NCBI GenBank assembly: GCA_021647505.1
Contig: JAKIUN010000002.1
Location: 54,158 to 118,157, forward strand
DNA from: Gammaproteobacteria bacterium
GTDB taxonomy: Bacteria > Pseudomonadota > Gammaproteobacteria > SZUA-152
Length of the DNA: 64,000 bases
Direction: 5' to 3'
The notes below the pieces were generated by a model. That model made no database searches. It was not told the DNA's origin and worked only from the letters and a program-made list of their open reading frames with translations. The position numbers and the translations under genes were made by a program. Shown piece after piece: positions 1 through 10,354 of the stretch (positions are counted from its first letter, which is position 1; each line of letters begins with the position of its first letter).

Positions 1-1583
1 ACCCGCTGGCCACCCGCGCCGGACTGGAGATCCTCGCCCAGGGCGGCAACGCCTTTGATGCTGCGGTGGCGGTGACCGCCATGCTGGCCGTAGTAGAACC
101 CACTGGTTCGGGCCTCGGCGGCGGTGGCTTCTGGCTGCTGCACCGTGCCGGCGACGGCTTCGAAACCCTGCTCGATGGCCGCGAGACGGCCCCGCAAGCG
201 GCCCACAGGGACATGTATCTCGGCAGCGATGGCGAAGTGATCAAAGGCCTGTCCATCGACGGCCCGCTGGCCGCCGGCATCCCCGGCATTCCGGCAGGCA
301 TGACGCACCTGGCCGAACATTACGGTCGCCTGTCACTGGCGCACAGCCTGGCCCCGGCCATTCGCCAGGCTCGCGAGGGCTTTGCAGTCAGCGAGCACTA
401 CCGCCGTATGGCGACATTCCGCCTGGCGGCCCTGCGCGCCTCACCCGCCGCCGCAGCACTGTTTCTGCAAGATAACGAGATACCGCCCGAGGGCTATCAG
501 ATCCGCCAACCAGAGCTGGCCGACACCCTTGAGGCCATCGCCCGCCAAGGCCACGACGGTTTTTACCGAGGCCCGGTGGCGAAAAAACTGGTCGATGGCG
601 TGCGCAGCGCCGGTGGTATCTGGACGCTGCCGGATCTGACAAGCTACCGTGTCATCGAGCGTGAACCTATCCGCGCTCGCTACCGCAGCCCGCACGGCGA
701 AATGCGCATCACCTCGGCGGCGCCGCCCTCCTCCGGGGGGATCACGCTGGCAACCACATTGAATATCCTCTCCGGTTACAATCTCGACGCACAGGACAGC
801 GTCACCCGCAAACACCTGATCATCGAGGCCATGCGCCGCGCCTACCGCGACCGGGCGGTGTATCTGGGTGACCCGGATTTCACCCGCATCCCCGTCGAAC
901 GGCTGCTGCACCCTTACTATGCCGACGGCCTGCGCGCCGCCATCCGCCCCGACCGCGCCCTGCCCAGCGACTATCTGCCCGGCGTGGAGACTGGCCCCAA
1001 GGGGCGCGATACCACCCATTTCTCCATCCTCGACCGCGCGGGCAACCGTGTGGCCGCCACCCTGACCATCAATTATCCCTTCGGCTCCGGCTTCGTTGCC
1101 CCCGGTACCGGTGTATTGCTCAACGATGAAATGGACGACTTTTCCGCCCGCCCCGGCACCCCCAATGTATACGGGCTGGTCGGCGGTGAGGCCAATGCCA
1201 TCGCCCCGGGCAAACGCCCACTGTCCAGCATGTCACCCAGCTTTCTACAGACAGAGCATGGCGTGGCGGTGGTCGGCACCCCCGGTGGCAGCCGCATCAT
1301 CAGCATGCTGGTATTGGCCGCACTGGATTTTGCGACCGGCGGCGATGCCCGCAGCATGGTCGGCCTGCCGCGCTTTCATCACCAATACCTGCCCGATGTG
1401 GTGCACTACGAAACGGCAGCCCTCAGCGAAGATGAAGTGGCCGAGCTGGAATTGCGCGGCCATACCCTGCGCGAATTCACGCAGGGCTGGGGTAATATGC
1501 AGGTTGTGGTCTGGGATAAAAAGCACGCTGTTGTCAGCGCCGCCGCTGACCCCCGAGTGGAAGGCGAGGCCGCCACGCAATAA
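1..1583 (+). CDS. ggt: gamma-glutamyltranspeptidase (5'-partial; reading frame open from window start, codon phase from nt 3)
   Basis: GGT N-terminal signature (VVEPTGSGLGGGGF) and the T-nucleophile region (GRDTTHFSILD); the ORF continues upstream of the listed ATG at 66. Confidence 0.85.
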   Translation, partial: PLATRAGLEILAQGGNAFDAAVAVTAMLAVVEPTGSGLGGGGFWLLHRAGDGFETLLDGRETAPQAAHRDMYLGSDGEVIKGLSIDGPLAAGIPGIPAGMTHLAEHYGRLSLAHSLAPAIRQAREGFAVSEHYRRMATFRLAALRASPAAAALFLQDNEIPPEGYQIRQPELADTLEAIARQGHDGFYRGPVAKKLVDGVRSAGGIWTLPDLTSYRVIEREPIRARYRSPHGEMRITSAAPPSSGGITLATTLNILSGYNLDAQDSVTRKHLIIEAMRRAYRDRAVYLGDPDFTRIPVERLLHPYYADGLRAAIRPDRALPSDYLPGVETGPKGRDTTHFSILDRAGNRVAATLTINYPFGSGFVAPGTGVLLNDEMDDFSARPGTPNVYGLVGGEANAIAPGKRPLSSMSPSFLQTEHGVAVVGTPGGSRIISMLVLAALDFATGGDARSMVGLPRFHHQYLPDVVHYETAALSEDEVAELELRGHTLREFTQGWGNMQVVVWDKKHAVVSAAADPRVEGEAATQ

Positions 1584-1881
1584 GAAATGTGCAGGCATGA
1601 CTGTGGGTGGGTTTCGGTGAAATCATGCAGCGCTATCACCTGAAAGCATCGCAACGCTGACAAAACCGTCCTCATCGCGTCCAGGCCGACGCCATCGGTG
1701 TGACGCTCTGCCTGCCCGCCCTATTCCGTCCCAGCCAGCCGTCGGGCCGAAAGTACCACGTCTTCACCACCTACCCGCCAGTTGGTGAAAAACGACAGAT
1801 CACTGACAGGCACGTTATCCCCGTAGTAATATATAACCCTAAACTAATGAGAGCCTTCCACGGCAATATCAGGAAACCGGC

Positions 1882-2280
1882 ATGAATCAGCCCAATGACG
1901 TGCGTGACAGCGAAAACCACATCGAAGTCAAAGTCGCGACGAATTACATCGAAGAGCAGTCACAGCCGGAAGATGACCGCTATGTGTTCGCCTACACCAT
2001 CACCCTGCGCAACACTGGCAAGCAGCCGGCGCGGCTAATGACGCGACACTGGATCATCAATGACGCCAACGGCAACACCCAGGAAGTACACGGTGAAGGC
2101 GTGGTCGGCGAACACCCCTACCTGCGCCCCGGCGAGACCTTTCAGTACACCAGCGGCACGGTACTGGAAACCCCCGTCGGCAGCATGGAAGGCAGCTATC
2201 AAATGGTCAGCGACGCAGGGCAACCCTTCGACGCGGAGGTTCCCGCCTTCACCCTGTCACGCCCGAATGCCCTGCACTGA
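1882..2280 (+). CDS. apaG: ApaG (DUF525) protein
   Basis: 132 aa; strong similarity to ApaG consensus (RYVFAYTITLRN...GEGVVGE..L.PGE.F.YTSG..LETP.GSM.G.YQM). Confidence 0.8.
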   Translation: MNQPNDVRDSENHIEVKVATNYIEEQSQPEDDRYVFAYTITLRNTGKQPARLMTRHWIINDANGNTQEVHGEGVVGEHPYLRPGETFQYTSGTVLETPVGSMEGSYQMVSDAGQPFDAEVPAFTLSRPNALH

Positions 2281-2288
2281 AAGCCGCG

Positions 2289-3242
2289 TCAGGCCTCCCA
2301 CAGGGCGCGAATAGCCGCAATCCCCTGGCCACTCTGTAACCAGGCGGCCTCGCGGTCGTCCGGGGTCATGCCACCCAGGGCATAGACCGGAAACGGCGCC
2401 GGCTCCACCAGTTCCTCGAAACGTTCCCAGCCCAGTGGCTCGATATCCGGGTGACTGGTGGTCGCCGCCACCGGCGATAGCAGGGCGAAATCGGCACCGA
2501 TGGCGGCAGCTCGGGCCAGCTCATCGGCATCATGACAGGAGGCCGCCACCAGCCCCGCACCTGCGGCCAATGGCCGGGCCTTACACTTGCGCAAGGCACC
2601 ACTACTGAGATGCACGCCATCGGCCCCGGCCGCCGCCACCTGTACGGCATCGGCATTGAGCAGCAGGCGCGCCCCATGACGATGACACAGAGCCGCCGTC
2701 TCGCGCGCCAGCTGCAAGTACTCACTCTCACCCAGCGACTTGGCACGCAACTGCACCAAGCGAATACCGCCCCTCAGACGCAATTCCAGGTGATGCAAAA
2801 AATCCGCCGGCGACATACCGCCGAGATCGGGGGTGATCAGGTAGACATCAGGTAACTGCACGGCACGCACGATGGGTAGATTGGCGGCAGGGAACTCAAC
2901 ATCGTCCAGCGCCACAGGTGACACCCACCGCAGTGGCTGGCCCTCGCGGCCATGCGCCTCCCCCTCGAAGCTATCCACACGCCACACGTCCAGCAACACA
3001 GACTTGTCTGGGTAGTCATGGCGCACGCGGATCAGTGGCCGCGCTGCCGTGATGTGAATACCGACTTCCTCGTCCAGCTCACGCTGCAACGCGCGGCGTG
3101 CATCCTCGCCAGCTTCCAGCTTACCACCTGGAAATTCCCACATCCCCCCCTGGTGGGTATCATCGGCACGGCGGCTAATCAACACCCGGCCCTCGCCGTC
3201 GAACACCGCCGCTGCGGCCACTCTCACCACCGATTCACTCAT
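2289..3242 (-). CDS. mutT: Nudix (MutT-like) hydrolase fused to thiamine-phosphate-synthase-like (ThiE/TenI) domain
   Basis: N-terminal Nudix box (GGKLEAGEDARRALQRELDEEVGI); C-terminal TMP-synthase-like domain; lies downstream of secA as mutT does in E. coli and Pseudomonas. Confidence 0.75.
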   Translation of the reverse strand: MSESVVRVAAAAVFDGEGRVLISRRADDTHQGGMWEFPGGKLEAGEDARRALQRELDEEVGIHITAARPLIRVRHDYPDKSVLLDVWRVDSFEGEAHGREGQPLRWVSPVALDDVEFPAANLPIVRAVQLPDVYLITPDLGGMSPADFLHHLELRLRGGIRLVQLRAKSLGESEYLQLARETAALCHRHGARLLLNADAVQVAAAGADGVHLSSGALRKCKARPLAAGAGLVAASCHDADELARAAAIGADFALLSPVAATTSHPDIEPLGWERFEELVEPAPFPVYALGGMTPDDREAAWLQSGQGIAAIRALWEA

Positions 3243-3260
3243 GTGTCTTTGCCTCCAACC

Positions 3261-4478
3261 TCAAGTCCTGTATTCAGCATTGATGCGCACATAGTCATAA
3301 GACAGGTCACAGGTCCACACCTGCTCGCAGGCCTCGCCGCGACCCAGCACCACGCAAACATTGATCTCATCACGATCCATCACTGCCTGCCCGGCCTCTT
3401 CGGTGTATTCGGACGCTCGGCCACCGTCACGGACGATACACACGTCGTCGAGAAACAGCTGCACGGCGTCGATATCCAGACCCTCCAGGCCGGCACGACC
3501 GACCACGGCAAGAATGCGCCCCCAGTTGGGGTCAGCCGCGAAAAAGGCTGTTTTCACTAACGGTGAATGGGCGATGGCGTAGGCCACTTGCAGACATTCT
3601 TCACGGCTGCTCCCACCTTGCACGTCGATGGTAATAAGCTTAGTGGCGCCTTCGCCGTCACGCACGATGGCCCGCGCCAGTGACTCACAAACCCCACTCA
3701 CCGCCGCGCACAGCGCTTCAAAGGCCGAACCGTCGGCCTGCTCGACACGCAACGCCGCCCCGCCGGTGGCCATCAGCAGACAGGAATCATTGGTGGAAGT
3801 ATCGCCATCCACAGTAATGCGGTTGAAGGAGCGCGCCACGGCTCGTTCGAGACAGGCCTGCAACACCGGCTGCTCGACCTGCGCGTCGGTGGCGATATAG
3901 GCCAGCAGGGTGGCCATATCGGGACGGATCATGCCTGAGCCTTTGGCAATGCCGGTGACGGTCACCAGTACGCCGTCGATATTCACCTGCATCGAAGCCC
4001 CCTTGGGCACGGTGTCGGTGGTCAAAATGCCGTGCGCCGCATCAGCCCAGCCGTCATCGCCGAGAGCCGCCAGCAGGGCGGGCACGACGGTGGTGATTTT
4101 TTCCGCGGGCAAGGGCTCACCGATGACGCCGGTGGAAAAGGGCAATACGGCCGTCGCCGCACAGCCCGCCGCCTGCGCCACCGCCTCACAGCAGGCCAGA
4201 CCATCACGCATGCCCTGTTCACCAGTACCGGCATTGGCATTGCCAGTATTGGTGAGCAGATAACGTGGCGCAGTCTGCGACAGGTGCGCACGACAGATGT
4301 GCACCGGCGCGGCGCGGAAGGCATTGTGGGTAAACACTGCCGCCACCTGTGTACCTTCATCCAGCGCCATCAGCACCACGTCACGGCGCCCTTCCTGCTT
4401 GATACCGGCACAGGTGGCCGCCAGACGCAGCCCGGGCACAGCGTGCATAACTGGAAGTGGTTGCTTTTTAATGCTCAT
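3261..4478 (-). CDS. argJ: bifunctional ornithine acetyltransferase / N-acetylglutamate synthase ArgJ
   Basis: ArgJ family similarity throughout (ATML..I.TD..V..P, autocleavage region ...TLLAYIATDA). Start placed at internal ATG (MSIKKQ) because the upstream ORF extension is non-homologous. Confidence 0.85.
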   Translation of the reverse strand: MSIKKQPLPVMHAVPGLRLAATCAGIKQEGRRDVVLMALDEGTQVAAVFTHNAFRAAPVHICRAHLSQTAPRYLLTNTGNANAGTGEQGMRDGLACCEAVAQAAGCAATAVLPFSTGVIGEPLPAEKITTVVPALLAALGDDGWADAAHGILTTDTVPKGASMQVNIDGVLVTVTGIAKGSGMIRPDMATLLAYIATDAQVEQPVLQACLERAVARSFNRITVDGDTSTNDSCLLMATGGAALRVEQADGSAFEALCAAVSGVCESLARAIVRDGEGATKLITIDVQGGSSREECLQVAYAIAHSPLVKTAFFAADPNWGRILAVVGRAGLEGLDIDAVQLFLDDVCIVRDGGRASEYTEEAGQAVMDRDEINVCVVLGRGEACEQVWTCDLSYDYVRINAEYRT

Positions 4479-4721
4479 GATGTTCTCGGCTCTGGCAATA
4501 AAAAATGGGAACAAAAAACAGCCTACGGATGTTAGCGGCAACCCTACCCACGGCACAAGCCAGCCACTCACACAGCTCAACAACCACCTGCTAACGCGGG
4601 AGGTCAGCCTGGGTGAGCAGGCTTTCCATGCCCACGAGAAATGTGAATCAACCGCGTGAGCACACAAAACGAGCCCATCACCCTACCAGCGAGAGTTTTG
4701 CAAGAGGCTCGCGGGGCTAAT

Positions 4722-4760
4722 AAAAAAGCGCGCAAGATGTATCACCCCGCGCGCCCCTTT
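4722..4760 (-). terminator. putative rho-independent terminator downstream of secA
   Basis: GC hairpin (gcgcgc...gcgcgc) followed by a T-run on the minus strand, immediately 3' of the secA stop. Confidence 0.45.
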
Positions 4761-4781
4761 TACAACTTCACTTGGATCAGA

Positions 4782-7508
4782 TCAGCCAAGCTTGCCGTGA
4801 CATTGCTTGTATTTCTTGCCGGAACCACAGGGGCAGGGTTCGTTGCGCCCCACTTTCCGGCCTTCACGTACGAAAGGCCGGTGCTCAGGCTCTGTACCTG
4901 CCTGTGCTTTTTCGGGTGCAGCACCGGCGGTAGCCGACGGAACCTGCTCGTGCTGATAAGAAACGGGCGCCTCGGAACGCCGCTGTGCCTCCATCGCCTC
5001 GACGTCCTCTTCGGCACGAATCTGCACCTTGGAAAGAATCTCCACCACCTCGCGCTTGAAGCGTTCCAGCATGGCGCCAAACAGCTCAAAGGCCTCGCGC
5101 TTATACTCCTGTTTGGGGTTTTTCTGCGCATAACCACGCAAGTGAATACCCTGACGCAGATGATCCATAGTGGCCAGATGATCCTTCCACTGCTCGTCCA
5201 GCACCTTGAGCAACACGGCCTTTTCGAAGTGACGCAAGACCTCTTTGCCGGCCTGCGCCTCCTTCTCGTAATAGGCCTGCTCCAGTTCATCAAAAATACG
5301 CTGGCGCAGAGTCTCTTCGTGCAGGTCGTGGTCTTCATCCAGCCATTGCTGCACCGGCATGGCCATGCCGAAGCTGGCCTCCAGCGTCTTTTCCAGTCCG
5401 GGTACGTCCCACAGTTCGTCCAGTGAACCCGGCGGAATGTATTCGCTGATCAGATCACCGACCACATCGACGCGGATGTTCTTCACCATCTCCGACACGT
5501 CGCTGGTGGACATCAGTTCCGCGCGTTGCTCGTAGACTACCTTGCGTTGATCATTGGCAACATCGTCGTATTCCAGCAGATTTTTGCGGATATCAAAGTT
5601 ATGGCCTTCTACTTTACGTTGGGCATTTTCGATCGCCTTATTGACCCACGGATGTTCGATGGCCTCGCCGTTTTGCATACCCATCTTCTGCATCAGGGCG
5701 GCGACGCGCTCGGAGGCAAAAATACGCATCAGGTTGTCTTCCAGCGACAGGTAAAAACGGGTCGATCCCGGATCACCCTGGCGGCCAGAACGGCCACGCA
5801 GCTGATTATCGACGCGGCGTGACTCGTGGCGTTCGGTACCCGTCACATGCAGGCCACCCGCCTCCAGCACCTCCCCATGACGCTGCTTCCACGCCTGCCG
5901 GAGCCTCCCCTCCTCCGCCTCATCGAGATCACCGGCGGCCGCCAGCTCGGCATCCAGGTTGCCGCCAAGGACGATATCGGTACCGCGACCGGCCATGTTA
6001 GTGGCAATGGTCACCGAACCGGGCGCACCGGCCTGGGCGATAATCTCCGCCTCCTTTCCGTGGAATTTGGCATTCAGTACCTTATGCGGCACCTCGGCCT
6101 TATCCAGCAACTCAGAGAGATATTCCGAGGTCTCGATAGAGGCGGTACCCACTAACACTGGCTGCTGACGCTCACGGCACTCCTTCACGTCCTCGCAAAT
6201 AGCATCGAATTTCTCTTTACTGGTGAGGAACACCAAGTCAGTGAAATCCTTGCGTGCCACCGGTTTGGAGGGAGGAATGACCACCACTTCCAGGCTGTAG
6301 ATCTGCTGAAACTCGAAGGCTTCAGTATCGGCGGTACCGGTCATGCCGGCCAGCTTGTCGTAGAGACGGAAGTAATTCTGGAAGGTGATTGAGGCCAGGG
6401 TCTGATTCTCGTTCTGCACCGTCACGCCTTCCTTGGCTTCCACGGCTTGATGCAGACCGTCGGACCAGCGCCGCCCCGGCATGGTGCGGCCAGTAAATTC
6501 GTCGACGATGACAACATCATCCTCCTTGACGATATAGTCCACGTTACGTTGATACAGGGCGTGGGCACGCAGCGCGGCATTGACGTGATGAATCAGGCGG
6601 ATGTTGGCCGCATCATAGAGACTTTCGCCCTCCGGTAGCAGACCGATCTCGGCCAGCATCTCCTCCACATGCTGGTGGCCCTGCTCGGTGAGATAGACTT
6701 GTTTGGATTTTTCTTCCAGATAAAAATCGCCCAGCGGGCTATCTTCAGGCTCTTCGCCTTCCTGTCTCTCCAGTTTGGGTACAATCTCATTGATCTTCTC
6801 ATAGAGATCAGAGCTGTCGTCAGCGGGGCCGGAGATGATCAGCGGCGTACGCGCCTCGTCGATGAGGATGGAGTCAACTTCGTCGACAATGGCGTAGTGC
6901 AACTCACGCTGAACCTTATCCTCGAGGCTAAAGGCCATATTGTCACGCAGGTAATCGAAGCCGAATTCATTGTTAGTGCCGTAGGTGATATCAGCGGCAT
7001 AGGCGGCACGCTTTTCGTCCGGACTCTGCCCGGAAAGCGCCACACCCACCGACAGACCGAGAAAGTTATACAGTTTGCCCATCCAGGCGGCGTCGCGACT
7101 GGCGAGATAGTCATTCACCGTCACCAGATGTACGCCCTTGCCAGTGAGTGCATTGAGGTACACCGCCAACGTACCCACCAGGGTCTTGCCCTCACCGGTG
7201 CGCATTTCGGCGATTTTGCCATCGTTGAGCACCATGCCACCGATGAGCTGAACATCGAAGTGGCGCATGTCCAGGGCGCGTTTTCCGGCTTCACGCACCA
7301 CGGCAAAGGCCTCGACCAGCAAGTCGTTGACCTTGGTGCCGTCGGCCAGACGCTGACGGAATTCATCCGTCTTGGCGCGCAGTTCCTCATCGGACAGTTT
7401 CTGAATCTCTGGCTCCAGGGCACTGATTTGAGCCACGACCTTATTCATCTGTTTCAGCAGACGATCGTTTCGACTACCAAAAACCTTGGACAGCAATTTA
7501 CTTACCAT
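4782..7508 (-). CDS. secA: preprotein translocase ATPase SecA
   Basis: 908 aa from [16 protein letters not shown]; DEAD motor motifs; C-terminal zinc finger ([14 protein letters not shown]). Confidence 0.95.
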   Translation of the reverse strand: MVSKLLSKVFGSRNDRLLKQMNKVVAQISALEPEIQKLSDEELRAKTDEFRQRLADGTKVNDLLVEAFAVVREAGKRALDMRHFDVQLIGGMVLNDGKIAEMRTGEGKTLVGTLAVYLNALTGKGVHLVTVNDYLASRDAAWMGKLYNFLGLSVGVALSGQSPDEKRAAYAADITYGTNNEFGFDYLRDNMAFSLEDKVQRELHYAIVDEVDSILIDEARTPLIISGPADDSSDLYEKINEIVPKLERQEGEEPEDSPLGDFYLEEKSKQVYLTEQGHQHVEEMLAEIGLLPEGESLYDAANIRLIHHVNAALRAHALYQRNVDYIVKEDDVVIVDEFTGRTMPGRRWSDGLHQAVEAKEGVTVQNENQTLASITFQNYFRLYDKLAGMTGTADTEAFEFQQIYSLEVVVIPPSKPVARKDFTDLVFLTSKEKFDAICEDVKECRERQQPVLVGTASIETSEYLSELLDKAEVPHKVLNAKFHGKEAEIIAQAGAPGSVTIATNMAGRGTDIVLGGNLDAELAAAGDLDEAEEGRLRQAWKQRHGEVLEAGGLHVTGTERHESRRVDNQLRGRSGRQGDPGSTRFYLSLEDNLMRIFASERVAALMQKMGMQNGEAIEHPWVNKAIENAQRKVEGHNFDIRKNLLEYDDVANDQRKVVYEQRAELMSTSDVSEMVKNIRVDVVGDLISEYIPPGSLDELWDVPGLEKTLEASFGMAMPVQQWLDEDHDLHEETLRQRIFDELEQAYYEKEAQAGKEVLRHFEKAVLLKVLDEQWKDHLATMDHLRQGIHLRGYAQKNPKQEYKREAFELFGAMLERFKREVVEILSKVQIRAEEDVEAMEAQRRSEAPVSYQHEQVPSATAGAAPEKAQAGTEPEHRPFVREGRKVGRNEPCPCGSGKKYKQCHGKLG

Positions 7509-7618
7509 GTCTTTTTCACATCGATTCAGGAATGGACGGCGCACGCACGGGCACGCCGGATAAAAGCTGGGATTATAACGGGGATCAGAGGTTTAGAGAA
7601 TGATTATCGCTTCCCGCA

Positions 7619-8548
7619 CTAGCGGGAAGCCAGGATGTATTTCTTGGGATCGACGGGCTGGCCCTTGTAGTGCACCTCGAAATGCACATGGGGGCCAGTG
7701 GAGCGGCCGGTGGAACCCATCTTTGCCAGTGCCTGGCCCTTTTTCACCGCATCCCCCATACCGACCAGTATCGTCTCGTTATGCCCGTAGCGGGTGACAT
7801 AACCATTGCCGTGATTGATTTCCACCAGGTTGCCATAACCATAGCGACTGCCGGCCCAGGTTACCACACCGGCACCCACGGCAATCACTTCGCTGCCAGC
7901 CTTGCCCGCAAAATCCATGCCTTTGTGATGTTCACGGCGACCACTGAAGGGGTCGGTGCGCATACCATAATAAGATGAAATCCAGCCACGCTTGATAGGA
8001 CGCCCGGCAGGAAATACCGCATCTTGCAGATTACGGCTCATGAGCATGGTTTCCAGCAGACCCAGTTGATTGGCACGATCATCCAACTGGCGGGAAAGGC
8101 TCTCGAGTGACTGCACAAAATCCGGCAGAGGTGTCGCTTCAGGGGCGGAAGCCAATTCCGGACCACCCACAGCGGGCTTGGAGGAGAAATCAAACTCACC
8201 TTTGTCGAGATCAGCCACCTCGGTCAGGCGTTCCCCCAAGGCATCCAGACGAATGACCTTGGCCTGCAGCCCACCCAAGCGCAGAGCCAGAGCATCCATA
8301 TTTTCATGTGCCCTGCGCTGAGCGTCAGCAACCTCTTCACGCTGAGCCAACATCGCCTGCTGCCAAGCGCTCATCAGTAATTCGTCTTGGCTCTGGGGGG
8401 CTGCCTTCTGCGCCACCCAATAGCCACCAAACACCAACAGAGAGGGAACCATGACAAATGCCAGCACTGACGCCAATATCACCGCAGCGCGTGTCACCGT
8501 TACCGTACGCGTCCTGCCTCCCCGCTTGCCAACAAAGATAATATTCAT
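7619..8548 (-). CDS. M23 family metallopeptidase (murein-hydrolase-activator-like), N-terminal TM anchor
   Basis: LytM/M23 motifs (HKGMDFA...G..V.A.G.G.V...GYGN...I.H..G..T.Y.H, HVHFEV); start moved to ATG preceding the TM helix. Confidence 0.8.
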   Translation of the reverse strand: MNIIFVGKRGGRTRTVTVTRAAVILASVLAFVMVPSLLVFGGYWVAQKAAPQSQDELLMSAWQQAMLAQREEVADAQRRAHENMDALALRLGGLQAKVIRLDALGERLTEVADLDKGEFDFSSKPAVGGPELASAPEATPLPDFVQSLESLSRQLDDRANQLGLLETMLMSRNLQDAVFPAGRPIKRGWISSYYGMRTDPFSGRREHHKGMDFAGKAGSEVIAVGAGVVTWAGSRYGYGNLVEINHGNGYVTRYGHNETILVGMGDAVKKGQALAKMGSTGRSTGPHVHFEVHYKGQPVDPKKYILASR

Positions 8549-8653
8549 ACTGCGCCGTCCGCTCCCGTTTATCACCGCTTCGAGGTATCGCTTCCAGCTG
8601 TTACCACTGTGAACTACAATGGTGTCCTGTTTCAATCCGAAGACATTCGCGCC

Positions 8654-9133
8654 ATGCCTGTCCGTAAAAGAGCATTCAGCAAGAGTCTGGCCAGCATTCT
8701 GGCTGCGGACGACAACGGTCTGCAACCGCTGTTTGCTCACGCCCATCGGCTACAGACGCTAAACCGTCTGCTGCGCGGCGCACTGGGTGAACCCCTTGGC
8801 CCGCATGTCAGTCTATGCAACATCCACACCGACACCGCCATCGTTACCGCAGATTCACCCGCTTGGCTCACCCAGCTCCGCTATCAGGCGCCAACGATAC
8901 TGCACATCCTGCAAAGCCAGCCGGGACTCGAGTCCTTGCGCAAGGTACGATTCAAAGTGCAGCCCACCAGCGAGCCGACAGAGCCGGCATCGCCACCCCG
9001 CCGCGCCTCACTCTCTCCTTCAGGGGCAGAGATATTGGAAAGCGCAGCGGAGGGAATTCAGGACTCCGAACTTGCCGAAGCCCTGCGACGCCTGGCACTC
9101 AACGGCTCGGCAAAAGACGGCAGGCCACCGTAA
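8654..9133 (+). CDS. dciA: DUF721/DciA-like protein
   Basis: Residue pattern consistent with DUF721 (DciA) proteins, which often lie next to lpxC/secA; start chosen at MPVRKR to avoid overlap with the divergent M23 gene. Confidence 0.5.
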   Translation: MPVRKRAFSKSLASILAADDNGLQPLFAHAHRLQTLNRLLRGALGEPLGPHVSLCNIHTDTAIVTADSPAWLTQLRYQAPTILHILQSQPGLESLRKVRFKVQPTSEPTEPASPPRRASLSPSGAEILESAAEGIQDSELAEALRRLALNGSAKDGRPP

Positions 9134-9237
9134 CTTATCGAAATCTGGCGCAATAACTTTAAGTTAGAAACGCATCAAAACGCCCACAGCTGACCGTGCG
9201 GAGTAGCAATTCAGGCGCAAAGTAACAAGTTGAACGA

Positions 9238-10149
9238 TCAATTTGCCATCATGGGGTGGGTATAGGAAATAGGGGCGCTGCGCGAATCATCGAATGTCGC
9301 TGACTCCCAGGCCGACTCATCGGCCAACAGGGCTCGCAACAGACTATTATTCAATGCATGGCCAGACTTGCAGCCACTGAAAGCACCGATCAGACTGCAA
9401 CCCAGCAGGTACAGATCGCCAATGGCATCCAGCACCTTGTGTTTGACAAACTCGTCGTGATAACGCAGTCCGTCTTCGTTCAGCACGCGATAATCATCCA
9501 TCACGATGGCATTATCGTGACTGCCGCCGAGGGCAAGATTGTTCTCGCGCAGCTGCTCAATGTCGCGCATGAAACCGAAGGTGCGCGCACGGCTGACTTC
9601 CTTGACGAAGGAGGTGCTGGAAAAATCCACCGTGGTCGTCTGCACGCTGTTCTTGAACACTGGGTGTTCAAAATCGATATTAAAGGAGACCTTGAAGCCT
9701 TCGAACGGATCAAAACGAACCCACTTGTCACCGTCTTCCACGATCACCGTCTTTTTAATACGGATGAAGCGCTTGGGTGCATTCTGGTCTTCAATGCCCG
9801 CCGACTGGATCAGGAAGACGAAGGGTCCGGCGCTGCCATCCATGATCGGCACCTCGGCAGAACTGACGTCGATATAGGCATTGTCGATACCCAGGCCGGC
9901 CATCGCCGACAACAGATGCTCGACGGTGGAAATACGCACATTACCTTTTACCAAGGTGGTGGACAGACGCGTATCACCGACATTTTCCGGCCTGGCCTCG
10001 ATCTCAACCGGCTCATCAAGATCCACGCGCCGAAACACGATACCGGTATCTACCGCCGCCGGCCTCAGGGTCAGATAGACCTTTTCTCCGGTGTGCAGGC
10101 CAATACCCGTGGCGCGAATGACATTCTTCAGTGTACGTTGCTTGATCAT
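9238..10149 (-). CDS. lpxC: UDP-3-O-acyl-N-acetylglucosamine deacetylase LpxC
   Basis: 303 aa from MIKQRTLKN; LpxC family throughout (GIGLHTG..V.L.L.PA, HHDGI); follows ftsZ as in E. coli and Pseudomonas. Confidence 0.95.
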   Translation of the reverse strand: MIKQRTLKNVIRATGIGLHTGEKVYLTLRPAAVDTGIVFRRVDLDEPVEIEARPENVGDTRLSTTLVKGNVRISTVEHLLSAMAGLGIDNAYIDVSSAEVPIMDGSAGPFVFLIQSAGIEDQNAPKRFIRIKKTVIVEDGDKWVRFDPFEGFKVSFNIDFEHPVFKNSVQTTTVDFSSTSFVKEVSRARTFGFMRDIEQLRENNLALGGSHDNAIVMDDYRVLNEDGLRYHDEFVKHKVLDAIGDLYLLGCSLIGAFSGCKSGHALNNSLLRALLADESAWESATFDDSRSAPISYTHPMMAN

Positions 10150-10354
10150 TTTTTCAGTCGATTCAAAGTATTCAAAGTATAAAGTTTCGCCCGGCACTCC
10201 AGCCACGCAGAAGCCGCGCATGGTACCACAGCGCTAAAACCCTGCCTAGTGAACAGATCCAGACCCCACGTCATCCGCAGACCCCGCCCTTATCGGCGAG
10301 ACCTCTCGATAACTTGAGGGCATTTCGATTTATTAGGCCAGCGGCCGCACGCAA

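Noticed and set aside
4656-5426. 256-aa plus-strand ORF downstream of argJ
   Set aside because: Overlaps the secA 3' end antisense; upstream part is the secA terminator region.
7509-7618. secM-like leader peptide upstream of secA
   Set aside because: Interval is only 110 bp with no ORF bearing an arrest motif; upstream gene is an M23 peptidase.
6669-7622. 317-aa plus-strand ORF
   Set aside because: Antisense to secA.
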